This document shows, piece after piece, positions 19,116 through 29,357 of a stretch of 59,561 nucleotides of DNA; the stretch's first letter is position 1, and each line of letters opens with the position of its first letter. Location of the stretch: assembly GCA_029778565.1 (NCBI GenBank), contig JAKOQC010000247.1, positions 1-59,561 on the forward strand, read 5' to 3'. The position numbers were made by a program, and so were the translations under genes. The stretch comes from a bacterium (GTDB lineage: Bacteria; Patescibacteriota; Saccharimonadia; CAILAD01; BJGX01). The notes beneath the pieces are model-generated. The model saw only the letters and a program-made list of their open reading frames with translations. It ran no database searches and had not been told where the DNA came from.

Positions 19116-19685
19116 GTGTCTTTGGCAAAAAACGAAGAGGGAAAGATCGATCTAGCTATTAATCTGACTATCGGTATTTGGATTGTTCTATCAATAACAG
19201 CCGGTCTGATTGTTATGATACATTTATGGCAAGAGCAATCGCAGAAAGAATCGGATTATCGGGCACTTGGTTGGAAAACTGTGCAGGCAGATGTTACAGA
19301 CCTCGGTAACATCAATGGCGATTTTAAACCTATTAGTCAGACAGCTAATCTGCAATATCGTTATAATAGTGAAGAACAAATCACTACTCAGCAGCAAATC
19401 GGCCTTGGTTACCATGTAGGTGACAAAGTGTTACTATTTGCAAATAAAAACGGTGAAGTGGTGATAAAAAATGTACCAAATGGTTCTCGGATTCCATATG
19501 ACCCGACAATAAAAAGTTTTGGTGGCGACTATTTAGGTTGTATTGTTGCAGGTATATTTGCGAGTATTTTTGCTGCACTTGGTTTACTAGTGGGTGGTGT
19601 GATTCTTGTATTGATTTTTGCGGGAATTGTAGCGCTATATGAAGCAGTATTTAAATCAAACAAAAAATCTCAAACTGCCTCCTGA
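19116..19685 (+). CDS. membrane protein (possibly DUF3592-like)
   Basis: 189 aa. GTG start after GAGGTG. One N-terminal and several C-terminal TM helices flank a beta-rich segment. Confidence 0.5.
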   Translation: MSLAKNEEGKIDLAINLTIGIWIVLSITAGLIVMIHLWQEQSQKESDYRALGWKTVQADVTDLGNINGDFKPISQTANLQYRYNSEEQITTQQQIGLGYHVGDKVLLFANKNGEVVIKNVPNGSRIPYDPTIKSFGGDYLGCIVAGIFASIFAALGLLVGGVILVLIFAGIVALYEAVFKSNKKSQTAS

Positions 19686-19702
19686 ATTTCAGGAGGTTTT
19701 TT
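19678..19702 (+). terminator. rho-independent terminator
   Basis: CCTCCTG-AATTT-CAGGAGG followed by TTTTTT. The stop codon lies inside the stem. Confidence 0.75.
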
Positions 19703-19740
19703 ATTACCCGTTGAATCAGCATACCTGATATAATAACCAT

Positions 19741-20493
19741 ATGCGTTATTCGCACAAAATTCATCAAGCCAATCAGCAAAAATCACCCGGTATACAACGT
19801 AGACAACGTATAACCAGCTTTATACTTATTGGTGCTGTTATTATCTTTTTATTAGTTTTTGCCGAAACGAAAACAATAGATTGGTGGGAGTTTTATCGCT
19901 TCTTTTTATCGAGCCTGTTTAGTGTGGCAGTGGCATATATTATTGCAGCTTTTCTGGCGCTTTTACTTGCTTTGGGCGCTACCAAAAATAAATGGTTAGA
20001 GAATATCTTACTGCCCGTACTTGACGTTGCCCAAAGTTTTCCGACATTTGCTCTAATACCAGTATTACTTGCAATATTTGGTACTAGCCGGTGGGTAGTT
20101 ATTGTATTCTTGGTAGTAACAATTATTTGGCCGATTGTTTTTACCCTCATTACTGCGCTTAAAGGCGAGCGCGAAGATCTTGGACAGGCTGCCACTATCT
20201 ATAATGCTCATGGCTTAAAGAGACTGTGGTATTTTAGATTACCTTCGGTATTTCCAGCCTTTATATCTGGCTCTATTATTGGTTGGGGTGAGGCGTGGGA
20301 AGCTCTAATTGGTGCCGAAATTATCGCCAAAGTATTAGGGGTAGGATCGTATTTAGGCAAATTAGGTGAGACTGGTAGTGTGTGGCAATTAGTGTTGGGT
20401 ATAGCTATGTATCTCTTTCTTATCTTTATACTCAATCAAATAATCTGGCTGCCATTACTTAACTTTTCTTCGAGGTACCAAAATGAATCCTAA
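19741..20493 (+). CDS. ABC transporter permease (nitrate/sulfonate/taurine-type BPD family)
   Basis: 250 aa, multi-TM, with EAA-like loop region AATIYNAHGLKRLWYFRLPSVFP. Confidence 0.8.
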   Translation: MRYSHKIHQANQQKSPGIQRRQRITSFILIGAVIIFLLVFAETKTIDWWEFYRFFLSSLFSVAVAYIIAAFLALLLALGATKNKWLENILLPVLDVAQSFPTFALIPVLLAIFGTSRWVVIVFLVVTIIWPIVFTLITALKGEREDLGQAATIYNAHGLKRLWYFRLPSVFPAFISGSIIGWGEAWEALIGAEIIAKVLGVGSYLGKLGETGSVWQLVLGIAMYLFLIFILNQIIWLPLLNFSSRYQNES

Positions 20494-21211
20494 CAACAAA
20501 GTAATACAAATACGGCGCATTAGCCTAAGTTATAAAGAAAATGGTCAAAAGTTTCCCGTACTAGACGATGTTAGTTTTGATGTAGCGCCTGGCGAATTTA
20601 TTTGCATAGTAGGTTCGAGTGGCGGCGGTAAAAGTACCTTACTAAGGATATTGGCAGGTCTGCAAAAACAGACAGAAGGCAAAATACTCAATATGCCAGA
20701 GCAACTTGGTTTTGTGTTTCAAAACTTTGCACTTTTTCCTTGGCTAGATGTTGAAAGTAATGTGAGTTTTGGCTTGCGTATGCAAGGGCTAAGTAAAAGC
20801 CAAATCCACAAAAGGGTACGCGAAGAAATAGATCGCATTGGCTTAGAAGGATTCGAAAAAAGTCACCCCAAAGAACTTTCTGGTGGCATGAAACAACGGG
20901 TGGGTATTGCCAGAGCATTGGCCATACACCCTAAAGTACTTTTGCTCGACGAGCCGTTTTCGGCACTCGATGAAATTACTGCCAAGGGTTTGCGGCACGA
21001 TCTACTAAGAATTCATACGCAAACCAAAGAGACAGTTATTATGGTAACGCACTTAGTAGAAGAAGCAGTAGAACTAGCCGATAGAATTATTGTAATGAGC
21101 CCAAGACCAGGTAAAGTTCGCAAGATTATTACAAATACTATGTCGCGGCCACGCGATACCCGCAGCAGAGAATTCTTTAAGTTAGTAGATGAAATAGAAG
21201 GAGTTCTATAA
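20483..21211 (+). CDS. ABC transporter ATP-binding protein
   Basis: 242 aa. Walker A GSSGGGKST, signature LSGGMKQR and Walker B LLLDEPFS. Confidence 0.9.
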   Translation: MNPNNKVIQIRRISLSYKENGQKFPVLDDVSFDVAPGEFICIVGSSGGGKSTLLRILAGLQKQTEGKILNMPEQLGFVFQNFALFPWLDVESNVSFGLRMQGLSKSQIHKRVREEIDRIGLEGFEKSHPKELSGGMKQRVGIARALAIHPKVLLLDEPFSALDEITAKGLRHDLLRIHTQTKETVIMVTHLVEEAVELADRIIVMSPRPGKVRKIITNTMSRPRDTRSREFFKLVDEIEGVL

Positions 21212-21212
21212 C

Positions 21213-24077
21213 TTAAGGATAGATAGTCGTCCCATTAACTATTGCTTTGATATTTGAGCTCCCATTACTCGCACCATTCCAGGCAGGACCAGTCCAGCCA
21301 GACCAAGAGTAGGGGGGAATTGGGTATGAATTACCATTTGCAATAAATGTACCGGAACTGCCAGATGCACCGGATAAACTACAATTCTTTGTGGGGGCTG
21401 AAGCGCAATTTAAGGTTAAGCTACCTCCACCAACATTTACACTTACACTATTACTCTGAGCGCTATAATATGCAGTGTCATAAATCTTTGCATAGTAGCT
21501 ATGTGTGCCACTACCTGGAGTATCGGTTAGTGTACCGCCCCCGCCAGTTGAGCTAATAAGGGTGTTGTCGCGAAAAACATCAACGTGCGAGATAGGGAAC
21601 CGACCACTCGTCACACTAGTAGTAACACTTACCGTGCCATTGGCATTAGCAGTTGCCGAGATTGTGGCAGTTGGCTGAGCATCACCACACTGATGAACAT
21701 CGTCGTTCTGTGTTGGAATAGAACCGCCACTACCATAACCCAAGCTAGCAGCTAATGCCTGAACAGGCGGATTCCAACGTGGATAGGCAATGTCGGTAGG
21801 TGGAATTTCGGCAGTAATAAGCGCACCAGTAATATCACGACGGGCATCTTGTGGAGTACAAGCGGTAGCAAGCTTGCCAGACACAACATCGATAGTGGCC
21901 GATTGGTTGCCAGATGCTGTAGGTAATTGATACCAAGAAGCAAAGATATCAGTGCGAGTTCTCGAACCATTCACCGGAGCTTTGCCGGTATTGGCATCTA
22001 GAGTAACTTGCTTAATGCCACTCGGTTGTTTAAATTGCTCAACAGGTGTATCCTTTAGAGCATTTTTCATATACGTATTCCATATTGGGGCCGATACAAT
22101 ACTGCCGGCTTGTGTCATAGGTTTGTTATTATTGTTTCCGGTCCAAACTACTGCCACGAGTTGTGGTGTGTAGCCAACAGTCCAAGCATCTTTGTAGTCT
22201 TCGGTGGTACCCGTCTTGGCTGCGACTGGTCTGCCAGGCAAAGTTAGAGGATTGTTACATGTAAATACTCCCAGACTACAGCGAGCGTTATTGTCAGAAA
22301 GTATACTACTAATTTCGTATGCTATTTGAGGGTCTATTACCTGTTTACCTTTGTTATTTTTATCAGTTGTTTCATCAATAACTTTTCCGTTAGGGTCGGT
22401 AATCTTTAGCCAATAAACTTGATTATGTTTTACGCCTTCGTCTGCCAAGACAGAAAAGGCATTTGCCATGTCTACCATTTTTACTTCGCCAGAACCAAGA
22501 GCAAGAGAAAGACCATAGTCGGCTGTTGTTTTATCGAAGGTTGTAATACCCATTTCTTTTGCAGTTTTAATAAACTCTTCTTCGCCACCAATGTAGAGTG
22601 CTTTTACAGCCGGAATGTTGAGTGAGCTTGAGAGTGCAGTACGAATAGACTGTACACCATAGAATCTATTGGTATAGTTCTTTGGCGTGTATCCACCACC
22701 AAAGTCGGTTTTTACGTCATACATTGTACTTCCTGGCCCCCAATTCTTTTTAAACAGGTTAGAGTATACTAATGGCTTAATCGAACTACCTGGCTGGCGA
22801 TTGGCTGAGGCAAGGTTATAGCTACCAAAATCAGGCTGGTTGTAATCGTAGCTACCCACCATAGCTAAGACCTCACCATTTTTAGGATCGGCCGAAACCA
22901 GTGCAGCGTTGCTACCACCAAACTTACGTACATTGTCCATACCCGAAACCACCGCTTCTTCGGCCAGTTTTTGTTTATCAACATCTAATGTGGTGATTAC
23001 CTTTAAGCCGCCTTGGTTGACAGTCTTAACGCCATATTTTTCTTCGAGCTGTTCGCGAACATACTGTACATAGTGTGGGGCAGTCACGTTGGCGTAAGGA
23101 TTGTAAGGTTTTAATTGTGCTAAAACGTCAACCTCTTTAGCGGCATTTGCTTGCTCTTGAGTAATTTTCTTTTGCTCTGCCATAAGGTCGAGAACACGAT
23201 TCTTCTTAGTAATGAGTTCGGGGGTATGTGAACCATATGGAGAGTAATAGGTTGGTGCTTGAGGTAAACTAGCAAGCAGGGCACATTGTGATAGGGTGAG
23301 ATCTTTTGCATCTACACCAAAGAATTGCTTGGAAGCAGCCTGAACACCATAGGCCGTACTACCGTAGGGAATTTCGTTAAGATACAGTTTTAAAATATCA
23401 TCTTTTTTATAGAGTTGTTCGATCTCAATTGCTAAAATTAGCTCTTTAATTTTGCGAGAATAGCTTCTCTCGTTAGTTAAAAGCGCATTTTTTACATACT
23501 GTTGAGTTATTGTACTACCACCACCACGGCTAGAGTCTTTAAATATAATACCGGTAAATGCTCGAGCTATTCCTTTAGGGCTAAATGCCCCCTGACTATA
23601 AAAGTCTTTATCTTCTAGGGCCACAGTAGAATCTTTAATACACTGTGGCATTTGGTTAAATTCGATAATACTACGATTTTTATCACCATAAATTTCTACT
23701 AATAGGTGTTGGCCGGTTCGATCATATAGTTTAGTGGTTTGGGCGCTCGTAATAGAGTTGATTTTATTTGGACTCGGTAAGTCTTTAGCAAACCAAGCAA
23801 ATACTGCTGCTACAGCTAAAAAGCCAGTTAAAAGCGCAATAGCATACAGCTTAAGTGCTTTTTTTGAAGTAAGCACTTTATAAACGTGTTTGGGGTAGAG
23901 CTTGCGAATACCTTTCTCGCGTGGAACAGCTGGGGTGGTAAGCCAAGTAAGAACGTTTTTCTTCTTAGTAGAAACTGCCGCAGTGGTGGCTGCAACTTTT
24001 TTTGCCGAGGTAGAAGAGCCGCGACGAATTACGCGGCGTTTACTAATTACATTACGTTTGGTGGGTTTTTTAGCCAT
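21213..24077 (-). CDS. class A penicillin-binding protein (transglycosylase/transpeptidase) with a Gly/Ser/Thr-rich C-terminal extension
   Basis: 954 aa. GT51 motifs (EDKDFYSQGAFSPKG, GGSTITQQ). Transpeptidase motifs SSIKP and KTGTT. Confidence 0.9.
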   Translation of the reverse strand: MAKKPTKRNVISKRRVIRRGSSTSAKKVAATTAAVSTKKKNVLTWLTTPAVPREKGIRKLYPKHVYKVLTSKKALKLYAIALLTGFLAVAAVFAWFAKDLPSPNKINSITSAQTTKLYDRTGQHLLVEIYGDKNRSIIEFNQMPQCIKDSTVALEDKDFYSQGAFSPKGIARAFTGIIFKDSSRGGGSTITQQYVKNALLTNERSYSRKIKELILAIEIEQLYKKDDILKLYLNEIPYGSTAYGVQAASKQFFGVDAKDLTLSQCALLASLPQAPTYYSPYGSHTPELITKKNRVLDLMAEQKKITQEQANAAKEVDVLAQLKPYNPYANVTAPHYVQYVREQLEEKYGVKTVNQGGLKVITTLDVDKQKLAEEAVVSGMDNVRKFGGSNAALVSADPKNGEVLAMVGSYDYNQPDFGSYNLASANRQPGSSIKPLVYSNLFKKNWGPGSTMYDVKTDFGGGYTPKNYTNRFYGVQSIRTALSSSLNIPAVKALYIGGEEEFIKTAKEMGITTFDKTTADYGLSLALGSGEVKMVDMANAFSVLADEGVKHNQVYWLKITDPNGKVIDETTDKNNKGKQVIDPQIAYEISSILSDNNARCSLGVFTCNNPLTLPGRPVAAKTGTTEDYKDAWTVGYTPQLVAVVWTGNNNNKPMTQAGSIVSAPIWNTYMKNALKDTPVEQFKQPSGIKQVTLDANTGKAPVNGSRTRTDIFASWYQLPTASGNQSATIDVVSGKLATACTPQDARRDITGALITAEIPPTDIAYPRWNPPVQALAASLGYGSGGSIPTQNDDVHQCGDAQPTATISATANANGTVSVTTSVTSGRFPISHVDVFRDNTLISSTGGGGTLTDTPGSGTHSYYAKIYDTAYYSAQSNSVSVNVGGGSLTLNCASAPTKNCSLSGASGSSGTFIANGNSYPIPPYSWSGWTGPAWNGASNGSSNIKAIVNGTTIYP

Positions 24078-24125
24078 AAGGGTTTTAGTCTATTGAATTG
24101 ATTATACCAAAAAAAACGCTTTGTC

Positions 24126-24134
24126 TGCTATAAT
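24126..24134 (+). promoter_or_regulatory. extended -10 element of tyrS, leaderless type
   Basis: TGcTATAAT ends 10 nt before the ATG at 24145. No SD. Confidence 0.5.
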
Positions 24135-24144
24135 GTGACACATA

Positions 24145-25365
24145 ATGAGTGTTGATAAAGCCAAGCTAGAAGAGCTACTTACCCGAGGCGTCGAAGACGT
24201 TATTGTTAGGGCAGAGTTAGAAAAGAAGCTAAAGAGTGGCAAAAAGTTGCGTATAAAACTCGGTATAGATCCTACCAACCCGCAGATTCATATTGGTCGG
24301 GCTACCGCATTATGGAAGTTGCGAGCTTTTCAAGACCTAGGTCATCAAATTACTTTAGTAATCGGTACATTTACTGGTGTTATTGGTGATGCCAGTGACA
24401 AAGATAGCGAACGTCCTTTAGTAGAGCGTAAGACAATAGAAGAGAATATGCAGACGTACGCTAAACAAATTGGCAAGATCTTAGATATGAAGAAGGTAGA
24501 GCTATATTACAACGGTGATTGGTTTGACAAAATGCCTTTGCAAAAATTCTTTGCCCTCACGCAAATTTTTACCATTCAGCAGATGATAGAAAGAGAAAAC
24601 TTTGCTAAGCGCATAAAGGCTAATAAGCCTGTTGGCATACATGAGACTCTGTACCCAATGCTGCAAGGCTATGACAGTGTAGAAATGAAGACCGATGTTG
24701 AAATTGGTGGTAGCGACCAACTCTTTAATATGTTGGCTGGTCGTGAAGTGCAAAAAGCCTACAAGATGGATCAGCAGAATGTTATGACACTGCATTTGCT
24801 TGAGGGTACCGATGGCAGAAAAATGAGTAGTAGCTGGGGAAATTGTATTTATATTAGTGATGAGCCACTCGAAATGTACGGCAAAGTAATGACCGTACGT
24901 GATGAGTTAATTCCTGTGTACTTTAAACTCTGTACCGACGTTCCGCTCGAGCAAGTAACCGCACTCGAGCAAGCCATGTCAGGTGCTTTGGTAGAAGACA
25001 ATATGATGACGGTGTTTGGTGATCCGGCCAACCCTCGTGATACCAAGGCGAGTTTAGCACGTACCATTGTGGCCCGTTACCATGGTGATAAAGCTGCTTT
25101 GCAGGCCGAAGAAGCTTGGAACGCTCAGTTTCGTGAAGGTAATAAACCCAAAATAATTCCAACTAAGAAAACCAAGCCGGGTACATTACTTAATGTAGTA
25201 TCAGATTTGTTTGGTCTTTCTAAGTCTGATGTGCGTCGTCTTGTCGCCCAAAATGGTATTAGAGTGGACGATGTTGCTGTAGAGAATGTTGACCAAAAAA
25301 TTAGCAAAGACTGTCTAATACAAGTCGGCAAGCGCCGGTTTATTCAGGTAAAACTTACCAAGTAA
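24145..25365 (+). CDS. tyrS: tyrosine--tRNA ligase
   Basis: 406 aa. HIGR (HIGH-like) and KMSSS motifs. C-terminal S4-like domain. Confidence 0.92.
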   Translation: MSVDKAKLEELLTRGVEDVIVRAELEKKLKSGKKLRIKLGIDPTNPQIHIGRATALWKLRAFQDLGHQITLVIGTFTGVIGDASDKDSERPLVERKTIEENMQTYAKQIGKILDMKKVELYYNGDWFDKMPLQKFFALTQIFTIQQMIERENFAKRIKANKPVGIHETLYPMLQGYDSVEMKTDVEIGGSDQLFNMLAGREVQKAYKMDQQNVMTLHLLEGTDGRKMSSSWGNCIYISDEPLEMYGKVMTVRDELIPVYFKLCTDVPLEQVTALEQAMSGALVEDNMMTVFGDPANPRDTKASLARTIVARYHGDKAALQAEEAWNAQFREGNKPKIIPTKKTKPGTLLNVVSDLFGLSKSDVRRLVAQNGIRVDDVAVENVDQKISKDCLIQVGKRRFIQVKLTK

Positions 25366-25370
25366 GTAAT

Positions 25371-25571
25371 TTCGTCTTTTGTTCGTGCTAAAATAAAAGA
25401 ATGCAATTGGATACTCCTGTATCAGTACTTACTGGCGTGGGGCCGGTCGTAAAAAAAGGTCTCGAGCAGTTAAAAATAAAAACCGTTGGTGATTTGCTTT
25501 GCCATTTGCCTAGGCGTTTTGAAAACTACAGTGCCATTACTCGTATGCGCGATATCCGCCCCAATTCCAAG
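25371..25571 (+). repeat. left copy of the duplicated recG promoter and 5' end
   Basis: Aligns without gaps to 26494-26694. About 95% identical over the first 105 nt or so, and much more diverged after that. Confidence 0.85.
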
Positions 25572-25589
25572 TATTTATCCTTATATTGA
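25401..25589 (+). pseudogene. truncated recG 5' fragment (62 codons)
   Basis: MQLDTPVSVLTGVGPVVKKGLEQLKIKTVGDLL... parallels the first ~57 residues of RecG at 26525, then loses similarity and stops. Confidence 0.8.
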
Positions 25590-25649
25590 CATTTGTTTTA
25601 TTTAATGTAAAATATAATGTGTTATCACTTCTACAGAAGAGGTTGAACC

Positions 25650-26414
25650 TTGCAACAACAATCCTGGGGATCAGGTCGATTTACTACAAGTAGTTCAAAT
25701 AGTGGTTCTCTTACAGATACTAGAACAGGTACTTCTTATAATGCTGATGGCATTGGAATTGGTGGAGATATTATTGGCGCGTTGATTTTTTTACCATTCT
25801 GTATACTCTCAGAACTAAATCAAGCATCTCGTGAAAAACATCAAAAAATAGCAGCAAAGCAATTAAAAGCCTCGCAAAATTTTGGGCTTGAATTTGATCC
25901 GAATGTAGAACGTTACCACGGACTGCCTCAATCAGCAATTCCAGCGAGCAAGTTAAACGGTTTTCCAAAAGGGTACTATAGAATTAGTAATCGCCATCCA
26001 CATGTTCGTTTGTGGTGGACGGGCAAACGGTTTGGTAGAGAAGTACCTTTTAGCCCGATCAGCCAGTACTGGAATGGTGAGGCTTGGGTGAAAGGACGAG
26101 GTGGTTTACCAAAAGACTTTTGTTTCCCGCCAGATGTAATGCCAGAGCCAATTGAATTGATGACCTACACACCCTTAAACCAACCTGCTGGTTATTACCG
26201 CCCAGAACCTTTTTTATTTCCACGTTTTTATCTTTATTGGAATGGTAGCCAATGGATAGCAGAAGATTTCAAGATTTTGAGAAACAACGGATTTATGTTT
26301 GTAGTGAAGCTTGATGGAGAATGGATAGCAAACACAGAGGGTGAAGAATACTGGTATCCAATTGAGTTTGTAGAAAAAGAAAACGGCGACCGAACAATTC
26401 AAATAAAACCATAG
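25650..26414 (+). CDS. hypothetical protein with DUF2510-like aromatic repeats
   Basis: 254 aa with a TTG start. Ser/Gly/Thr-rich N-terminus and one TM-like segment. Repeated motifs GYYR...LWWTGKRF, YWNGEAW and GYYRPEP...LYWNGSQW. Confidence 0.55.
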   Translation: MQQQSWGSGRFTTSSSNSGSLTDTRTGTSYNADGIGIGGDIIGALIFLPFCILSELNQASREKHQKIAAKQLKASQNFGLEFDPNVERYHGLPQSAIPASKLNGFPKGYYRISNRHPHVRLWWTGKRFGREVPFSPISQYWNGEAWVKGRGGLPKDFCFPPDVMPEPIELMTYTPLNQPAGYYRPEPFLFPRFYLYWNGSQWIAEDFKILRNNGFMFVVKLDGEWIANTEGEEYWYPIEFVEKENGDRTIQIKP

Positions 26415-26437
26415 CGTAGTCATAACTACGCTTTTTT
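26413..26437 (+). terminator. rho-independent terminator
   Basis: AGCGTAGT-CATA-ACTACGCT followed by TTTTTT. Confidence 0.75.
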
Positions 26438-26493
26438 ATTACTAGTCGAACTTAATTATGGGTGTTAGTCCATTAAGATTCATTAACAATATT

Positions 26494-26694
26494 TTTCGTC
26501 TTTTGTTCGTGCTAAAATAAAAGAATGCAATTAGATACTCCTGTATCAGCACTTACTGGTGTGGGGCCGGTAGTAAAAAAAGGTCTCGAGCGGTTAAAGA
26601 TTAAAACCGTAGCTGATTTGCTATGGCATACACCAAGACGCTGGGAAGACTACAGTCAGATTACCAAAATACGCAATATCAAACCCGGCAAAGT
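26494..26694 (+). repeat. right (functional) copy of the recG promoter and 5' end
   Basis: See 25371-25571. Includes extended -10 TGcTAAAAT at 26510-26518, 6 nt before the ATG. Confidence 0.85.
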
Positions 26695-28558
26695 GGCAAT
26701 TGTGGCAAGTGTTGAGGTAATAAATGTACGTCGTAGTGCTCGTCAGAAACGACTTACAATTACCGAGGCGATATTAACAGATGGCAGTGGCACAATTAAG
26801 GCGGTGTGGTTTAATCAACCATACCTTACCACCACCCTCAAAAAAGACCAAAACTATCTTTTTGCCGGTAATTTTGAGTTTAAAAATAATTATCTTAGTC
26901 TGAATAGTCCTAGTTTTGAACCAGCCAATGAAGCAAATTTTAAAGGGGCAATTTATCCAGTTTATCCAGAGACAGCGACTATTTCTTCTAAAACTCTGCA
27001 AAAACTCATTAGCCAATGTATTGAATCGACATTGCAATTACAAGATGATTTGCCCGAAGAGGTACAAACTCAGGCTGGTGTAGTTGGTTTGGGTGAGGCA
27101 TTGCGACTACTACATCAACCCAAAAGTATGGCTGATGTCGAGCGCGGAAAAGAACGACTTAGCTTTGAGGAATTATTTTGGCTAATATTAACCGGCTTGG
27201 TACTAAAGGCCGAAATACAAACCGAAGATGCTTATAAAATACCATTTAATCTCTCAGTTGTAGAATCAGTTCTAAACCAACTTAATTTCGAACTTACCGA
27301 TGCGCAGCGTAAATCAGCCTGGACGATATTTAAAGATATAGAACAGAGCAAACCAATGAATCGTCTACTAGAAGGTGATGTGGGTAGCGGCAAGACATTG
27401 GTGGCTCTGCTAGCACTTGCCATGACAGTCAAGGCTGGGTATCAAGCAGCACTCATGGTGCCCACCGAAATTCTTGCTCGTCAGCATATGGTAACTCTTA
27501 CAAAACTTGTTAAATCACTTGGTATAAAAACAAGCTTGTTAATCTCGGCTCTGCCTGCTGCTGAGAAAAAACTTGTGCAGCAAAAAATTAGCGAAGGCAA
27601 AACCGATATTGTTATTGGCACACATGCTTTGCTAAGTGAAGGGGTAGAATTTAATAACTTGGCACTAGTGGTAATTGATGAGCAACATCGGTTTGGGGTA
27701 AATCAACGCCGGCAGTTAAAAACCAAAGCGCAAGCAATGCCACATGTACTTACTATGACAGCCACACCAATTCCACGTAGCTTGGCACTGGTGGTATATG
27801 GTGACTTAGATGTTTCGGTAATTGATGCTTTACCGCCAGGACGTAGCCCAGTAACTACCAAAGTAGCCCGTGAGATAGATAGAAGCACAATTTATTTTAT
27901 GGTAGATTCGCTTCTTAGCCAGGGGCAGCAAGCCTACATTGTTTGCCCAGCTATCGAAGAAAACGATCTCACTGGTCTAAAGTCGGTAGAAGCAGAGTAT
28001 AAAAAATTACAAAAAAGTATATTTTCGCATCGCCGCATTGCTATGTTGCACGGAAAAATGAAGCCAGCCGAAAAGGCAGAAATAATGGAAGACTTTCGCG
28101 CTAAAAAGTATGATATTTTACTTGCTACCACGGTTATTGAGGTGGGGGTAGACGTACCCAATGCCACTGTTTTAATTGTTGAAAATGCTGAACGTTTTGG
28201 CCTGGCTGCGCTGCATCAACTACGCGGACGAGTAGGGCGGAGCAACCTGCAAAGTTATTGTTATTTGTTTTCTGAAAGTCAGAGCCCAATGGCCTATAAG
28301 CGCTTGTCAGCTATGGAAAAAACTACCGATGGTTTTCGTCTCGCCCAAATAGATTTAGAACTACGTGGGCCAGGTGAGATATATGGTACCGCCCAAGCTG
28401 GCATACTCGATCTACGGTTTGCTAATCTCTTAGATGCTGCTGGTCTTGCTCGGGCAAAAGAGATTGCCAATGATTTCTTACAGTCTGGCAAAATGGTACA
28501 ATATAAGCCTGTAGTAGAGCGGGTAAACAAACTAAAAAAACTAACCTCACTCGATTAA
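26525..28558 (+). CDS. recG: ATP-dependent DNA helicase RecG
   Basis: 677 aa. Wedge/OB domain, helicase motifs GDVGSGKT and DEQH, and a C-terminal TRG region. Confidence 0.95.
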   Translation: MQLDTPVSALTGVGPVVKKGLERLKIKTVADLLWHTPRRWEDYSQITKIRNIKPGKVAIVASVEVINVRRSARQKRLTITEAILTDGSGTIKAVWFNQPYLTTTLKKDQNYLFAGNFEFKNNYLSLNSPSFEPANEANFKGAIYPVYPETATISSKTLQKLISQCIESTLQLQDDLPEEVQTQAGVVGLGEALRLLHQPKSMADVERGKERLSFEELFWLILTGLVLKAEIQTEDAYKIPFNLSVVESVLNQLNFELTDAQRKSAWTIFKDIEQSKPMNRLLEGDVGSGKTLVALLALAMTVKAGYQAALMVPTEILARQHMVTLTKLVKSLGIKTSLLISALPAAEKKLVQQKISEGKTDIVIGTHALLSEGVEFNNLALVVIDEQHRFGVNQRRQLKTKAQAMPHVLTMTATPIPRSLALVVYGDLDVSVIDALPPGRSPVTTKVAREIDRSTIYFMVDSLLSQGQQAYIVCPAIEENDLTGLKSVEAEYKKLQKSIFSHRRIAMLHGKMKPAEKAEIMEDFRAKKYDILLATTVIEVGVDVPNATVLIVENAERFGLAALHQLRGRVGRSNLQSYCYLFSESQSPMAYKRLSAMEKTTDGFRLAQIDLELRGPGEIYGTAQAGILDLRFANLLDAAGLARAKEIANDFLQSGKMVQYKPVVERVNKLKKLTSLD

Positions 28559-28562
28559 TTAT

Positions 28563-29357
28563 ATGAATTCAGGATTTATTACATACTTTACCAAGGGTAA
28601 AGTTTTAAATAATATTGGTACTCACCAAAAATTCGATAAAGTTGCTTATCGGCTTATTCGACCACGCATAAATCTCAACAAATTTCCTCAGCAGCGGCAA
28701 ATATTAAAATTCGAGGGCATGGGTGGCCCAGACGGTTTAAAAATGAAAAGCAAAAATTATCGGGCTGATCATCTCTGGGATCCGGTAAATAAAATCGGCC
28801 ACCTGCCTAGTTGGGTAGAGATTCATTATAAGAACGCTGTCGAGGCGTTAAAGAATGGCGACAGTGTAAAAGCAAGTTTCGAGCTTGGGTTTATGGCGCA
28901 TTATTTAACAGATAGCCTCACGCCAGCTCATCATACCAATCATAAACTCATTACCGCAGAGTACGAAGACGCGAACCGTTTACGAAAAAATTGGGTAGTG
29001 TGGGGGCGTAAGGGTTTGGTAAGTTCTCATGTAATGTTTGAAAGTGGTGTTTCAACTGCTATTGCCTTTAATCGTTTGCGGGTGAAGTTTGATGAAGATT
29101 TGTATAATCGAATAATACAAGAGGGTATTAAAGTAGTAGTAGAAGACGAGTCTTTACGTATTGCCAAACTAGATTTATTTGATCGTTATCTCAAAAAAGG
29201 CTGGACTGTCGATTTGGCCAAAACCGTTAAAACGGTAGTAGTAAAACGAATCCCTCAGTTAGTAGCTGCAACTTGGCTGGCTGCTTATACCGAAGCTGGG
29301 TATAGCGTAAAGCCACCACCGGTAAAAACTAAGAAATCAAAACAGATTAAACAGTAA
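28563..29357 (+). CDS. hypothetical protein (weak resemblance to zinc-dependent phospholipase C-like fold)
   Basis: 264 aa. His-rich motifs (MAHYLTDSLTPAHHTNH). The 3' end overlaps convergent purF by 11 nt. Confidence 0.35.
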   Translation: MNSGFITYFTKGKVLNNIGTHQKFDKVAYRLIRPRINLNKFPQQRQILKFEGMGGPDGLKMKSKNYRADHLWDPVNKIGHLPSWVEIHYKNAVEALKNGDSVKASFELGFMAHYLTDSLTPAHHTNHKLITAEYEDANRLRKNWVVWGRKGLVSSHVMFESGVSTAIAFNRLRVKFDEDLYNRIIQEGIKVVVEDESLRIAKLDLFDRYLKKGWTVDLAKTVKTVVVKRIPQLVAATWLAAYTEAGYSVKPPPVKTKKSKQIKQ

